Source of the DNA: Podarcis filfolensis
Taxonomy: Eukaryota
DNA: 64,000 bases
Reading direction: 5' to 3' (one strand)
NCBI GenBank assembly: GCA_964270895.1
Contig: OZ185453.1
The stretch's first letter is position 1; every line of letters starts with the position of its first letter. A program made the position numbers and the translations under genes. The notes beneath the pieces are model-generated. The model had not been told where the DNA came from. It did not search any database and saw only the letters and a program-made list of their open reading frames with translations. This document shows, one piece after another, positions 60,459-64,000 of this stretch.

Positions 60459-61621
60459 CCTATGCACAGATGGAAAACCAGGTGGCTCTCCAGATATTGC
60501 TGCAGATGCTGGCTGGGGCTGAGTTGGGAGTCCAACAGAACTGAGTGAGCCACAGGTTCCATATCAGCTGACACACAAACCACATGCATAGGTGTGTCTG
60601 TGCAGGGATGTTAAAACTGAGAGTATGGTCAGTGGGTGCGACCCTGCACCCAATAAATAAAAGAGGGTACCTTCACACGATTTGTCATTAACGTGGGATG
60701 AAGCAACACAAGATGGTGACAGCCATTAGATTTCACAGCTTCTTAAATGGATTAGGACAGACCAAAGGCATGGAGGTGGCTCCTCTAGGGTCTCCAGCAC
60801 GGCCTGCGGTTGTCCTACCGTACTCCACACACACTTCTGCACTGCCAGAGATGAAGCTGATGCCTTAGCAAGTGGAGGAAGCTGACTCAGCAACAGCTGA
60901 TGCTGCATAAATCAGCACTAGGCTCTCCCAACATTATCCTTAAATCAGCAGCAGCACAAGTGTCAAGGAGCATGGAGAGTGCAGGAGAGCAGGCTGCAGC
61001 ATTCTAAGAGTGGAGCCGAATACGGAAGCTGCAATTTGCCCACGTTTTGGAGGGCGAAGTGGGAGATGTAGGGGCTCCTGATGAAGAAATGATGAAAGGC
61101 AGAAGGCGAAGGGTTTTGTTAAAATTAACACTCCTCGAGGCAACCTACTAAACACAACTGCAAACTGAATTTTATTTCTACAGCCCCATAGACAGCTAGG
61201 CTGTCTAATCTACTTGAGCTTCATGCCCATGGATTACACTGGTTCATGTAGGATAGGTCCATGAATGGCAATTAGGTGTGGTAGCTGAATGCACCAAGGA
61301 CAGAGAGAGCACCAGCCTCTGAAGACAAACCATGAGGATCACCACACTTACGGCCTGCTTGCGACCTTCCCAAAGCATCACAAAGTATTCCCTTGGAAAG
61401 AGAATGAATGAGACCTGCAACGAAGGGCGCTTCCAGGCAACCGGTTTATTGAGCATTCATCCTGATTTGTTTGCCAGGAGATTAGATGATGTTGCCATCA
61501 AAGCAAGTCTCACTCCATACTTTCCAGTCCATTCTACCCCTTGGGCTGTGGGTTTATTGCAAAGACCTCCCCATCTACTATAATTGTGCAACCCAAATTT
61601 TCCGCTATGTGATTGTAAAAA

Positions 61622-61781
61622 GCTAAAGGGACCCCGGACCATTAGGTCCAGTCGTGGCCAACTCTGGGTTTGTGGCGCTCATCTCGCTTTATTGGCCAAG
61701 GGAGCCGGCGTACAGCTTCCGGATCTTGTGGCCAGCATGACTAAGCCGTTTCTGGTGAATCAGAGCAGCGCACAGAAATGT
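61622..61781 (-). mobile_element. Sauria SINE, 5'-truncated
   Basis: Matches the 3' 160 bp of the SINE. Head absent. Confidence 0.85.
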
Positions 61782-61934
61782 TAGAGCTATTCTTCCTTCC
61801 TTCCAGGGTTCCAGCCAGCCATTCCCTTCAAGCAGGTCATTCCACCCGTTTTCTTTTTCAGCTGGTAGTCAGCATTCTTTAGCATGTTGGGTTTTTCGAA
61901 AGATTTATTTGTGCTTCGGCAAACATGCTCATAT

Positions 61935-62230
61935 TTTATTTTTTATTTTTTATTAAATTTGTGTAACGCCCTATACCGCAAGTCTCAGGGCGGTTCACAA
62001 GATAAATTCACAATATAAAAACATAAAATATGTATTAAATTTTTTAAAAAACCAAGAACAATCCAATAATCCCCCCCAACACATTTTAAAAGGTTTTTTC
62101 ATTCGGGTGTCAATCAGCCAAAGGCCTGGTTAAAGAGGAATGTTTTTGCCAGGCGCTTAAAGGTGTAAAATGAGGGTGCCAGCCAAACCTCCCTGGGAAA
62201 AGCATTCCACAAACAGGGAGCCACTCCCTC
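61935..62230 (-). mobile_element. L2-type 3' end fragment
   Basis: tctcagggcggttcacaa and aaaggcctgg...gcattccacaaacagggagccac resemble reverse-complemented L2 3' ends seen elsewhere in the window. Confidence 0.6.
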
Positions 62231-62354
62231 TCACTTGTCAGTGATCCTCTTTCAGCTCTATTTCCGTCCATTATGGTCTTAAGACAAGAGCTTGTACATC
62301 TAGCATAGTAGCTATCCGATGGAATTATAATACTTGATTTGACTTTCTAAGGGG

Positions 62355-62645
62355 AAGAGCTGCAGCTCAGGAGCAGATTATCCCAGTTGAAATCCCCATC
62401 GTTTCCAGCAAAGAGTGGGAACGTCCCTTGTCTGAAACCCTGGAGAGCTGCTGCCAACCTTTGCAGCTGAAGAATGTCCCTCCCAATGTTGTTGAACTAC
62501 AACGCCCATTGTTCCCAAGCAGGCTAATCTGGCCAGGGCTGATGGGAGTCCAACAACATTGGAAGGGTGCTAGGTTCCCCATCCTTGGAGGAGACAATAC
62601 TGAGATGGATGACCTGATTCAGCAGAAGGTGGCTTCCTATGTTCC
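62355..62645 (+). mobile_element. Diverged tRNA-derived SINE with a nested palindromic MITE (about 62470-62586)
   Basis: tgtctgaaaccctggagagctgctgcca ... gacaatactgag ... ggcttcctatgttcct. The same 3' end occurs at about 40370-40441. Confidence 0.55.
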
Positions 62646-62886
62646 TGTGTCATAAACCTCACCAGGTACACCATTTCAGATTCAGCCCCCCACCTGCACT
62701 AGGAGGATTATAGTATGTTATGAGGTTGTTGTAAGGATTGGAGCACCGTATTTCATATGAAGGGATTTCTAACATTTGAGCACCATGCAGATACTACTGG
62801 ACACAAAGTTTGATTATCCTGATGCATGCAGCACAGTAATTCCAATATGCTGGTTTTTTATACAAATGGCTTCCAGGTGTGCTTTA

Positions 62887-63124
62887 CAGTGGTGCCTCGG
62901 GTTACAGACGCTTCAGGTTACAGACTCCACTAACCCAGAAACAGTACCTCGGGTTAAGAACCTCGGGTTAATAGTACCTTCAGGATGAGAACAGAAATTG
63001 CGCAGCAGCGGCATGGTGGCAGCGGGAGGCCCCATTAGCTAAAGTGGTACCTCAGGTTAAGAACAGTTTCAGATTAAGAACAGACCTCCGGAACGAATTA
63101 AGTACTTAACCCGAGGTACCACTG
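62887..63124. mobile_element. pogo/Tigger-like MITE
   Basis: TA-flanked. TIR cagtggtgcctcgggtta / taacccgaggtaccactg. Same family as 20709-20950. Confidence 0.9.
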
Positions 63125-63659
63125 TATTTCGTTTAAAACAGGGGAACGTCAGGCCTCAAGGGCAGAATATGACCTTCCAGGTCTTCTATCAAGCACTCAG
63201 GACTCGCCCAAAGTCACACACACTCCTCACTGGCCCTGCTTTGCATTCTACTTGACTGCTTTTGCCCGGATGTATCCTTGGGACTGTGATCATGTTCTGT
63301 GCTTGCCTGGATGTAAGAAGGAAACAGGGTTTGTATGTCTGTGAGTGTAAAAACTGGGCTGGAATGTAACCTATTGAACAAAGGTAAGAGTCATATCCAC
63401 TGGCTCCTCCTACTTTTATCTCTGGCTCCACCCACCACTGGTAGTTTCCCTACAAGGCTATGGCAGCCCCTGATTTCCCCACTCCTCTGATTTTTTTTAC
63501 TGCTACATCATTCTATCACTATGTCTTTAACTGATGTTTTAAATTTTGTTTTATGGATATTTGTGGACTGATTCATTTTGTATGTGAAAGTCGCCTTGAT
63601 ATACTTTATGAAATAACAACATCATCAACAACATCATCAACAACTATTATTGTTATTAT

Positions 63660-63842
63660 CAAGTGCTTTTTTTCTAAAAAAAAATGTTTAGGGGTACTCT
63701 CATTCTGACTCCAAAAAAAATTACAATTTTATAGTACAAATCGGGGAAAATAAATACAGTAAGTGGACAAAAGTGCAAAAATTCACAAAATGTTTAGGGG
63801 TATGCATACCCCTGCGTCCTGTCCCCCCAGAAAAAAGCACTG
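63660..63842. mobile_element. hAT-like MITE (CAGTGCTTTTTTTCT terminus family)
   Basis: TIR agtgctttttttct / agaaaaaagcactg. Homologous to 26680-26842. Confidence 0.75.
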
Positions 63843-64000
63843 GTGATGATGATGATGATGATCATCATCATCATCCTACCCCACCTTTTCCCCTAACAGG
63901 GGCTCAAGGTGATTTACAGATAATAATCAGTACAGATAAAAAGGGTGGTTTATAAATATTTAAATAAATAAAGTGCTTTATAATCCAAAACAAAAAGAAA

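Noticed and set aside
749-61784. ORFs containing VKVKGPLTIRSSRG...GHVASMTK...
   Set aside because: Translations of the Sauria SINE reverse complement; they recur at every copy.

Overview
Eukaryotic, TE-rich, essentially non-coding DNA from a squamate reptile. The Sauria/POM-type SINE sequences suggest a lacertid lizard such as Podarcis, but this is inferred from repeats only. I cannot recognise any host protein-coding exon; the longer ORFs are TE-derived (Bov-B, L2) or low-complexity. The window contains four 3' fragments of the RTE Bov-B LINE, seven Sauria SINE copies or fragments, young and old L2 fragments, CR1 3' ends, tRNA-headed SINEs with CR1 tails, three Penelope-like LTR fragments with hammerhead-ribozyme remnants, many hAT- and Tc1/mariner(pogo/Tigger)-type non-autonomous elements with readable TSDs, and microsatellites. 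A GC/CpG-rich, triplet-repeat-rich promoter-like block at about 52.3-55.1 kb, interrupted by a 272-N gap, looks like the 5' end of an unidentified, probably minus-strand gene. The most interesting signals are: (i) a Sauria SINE insertion carrying a 146-bp inverted copy of the unique flank of a neighbouring SINE plus a second tail; (ii) three Penelope-like insertions that all start or fold back inside the hammerhead motif, one forming a perfect 130-bp palindrome; (iii) the same CR1 tail joined to two different tRNA heads (Asn-like and Ile-like); (iv) repeated hAT insertion into CR1 tails. I see no convincing evidence of a wholly new biological system. TE family names come from remembered consensus features and need a Dfam/Repbase check.
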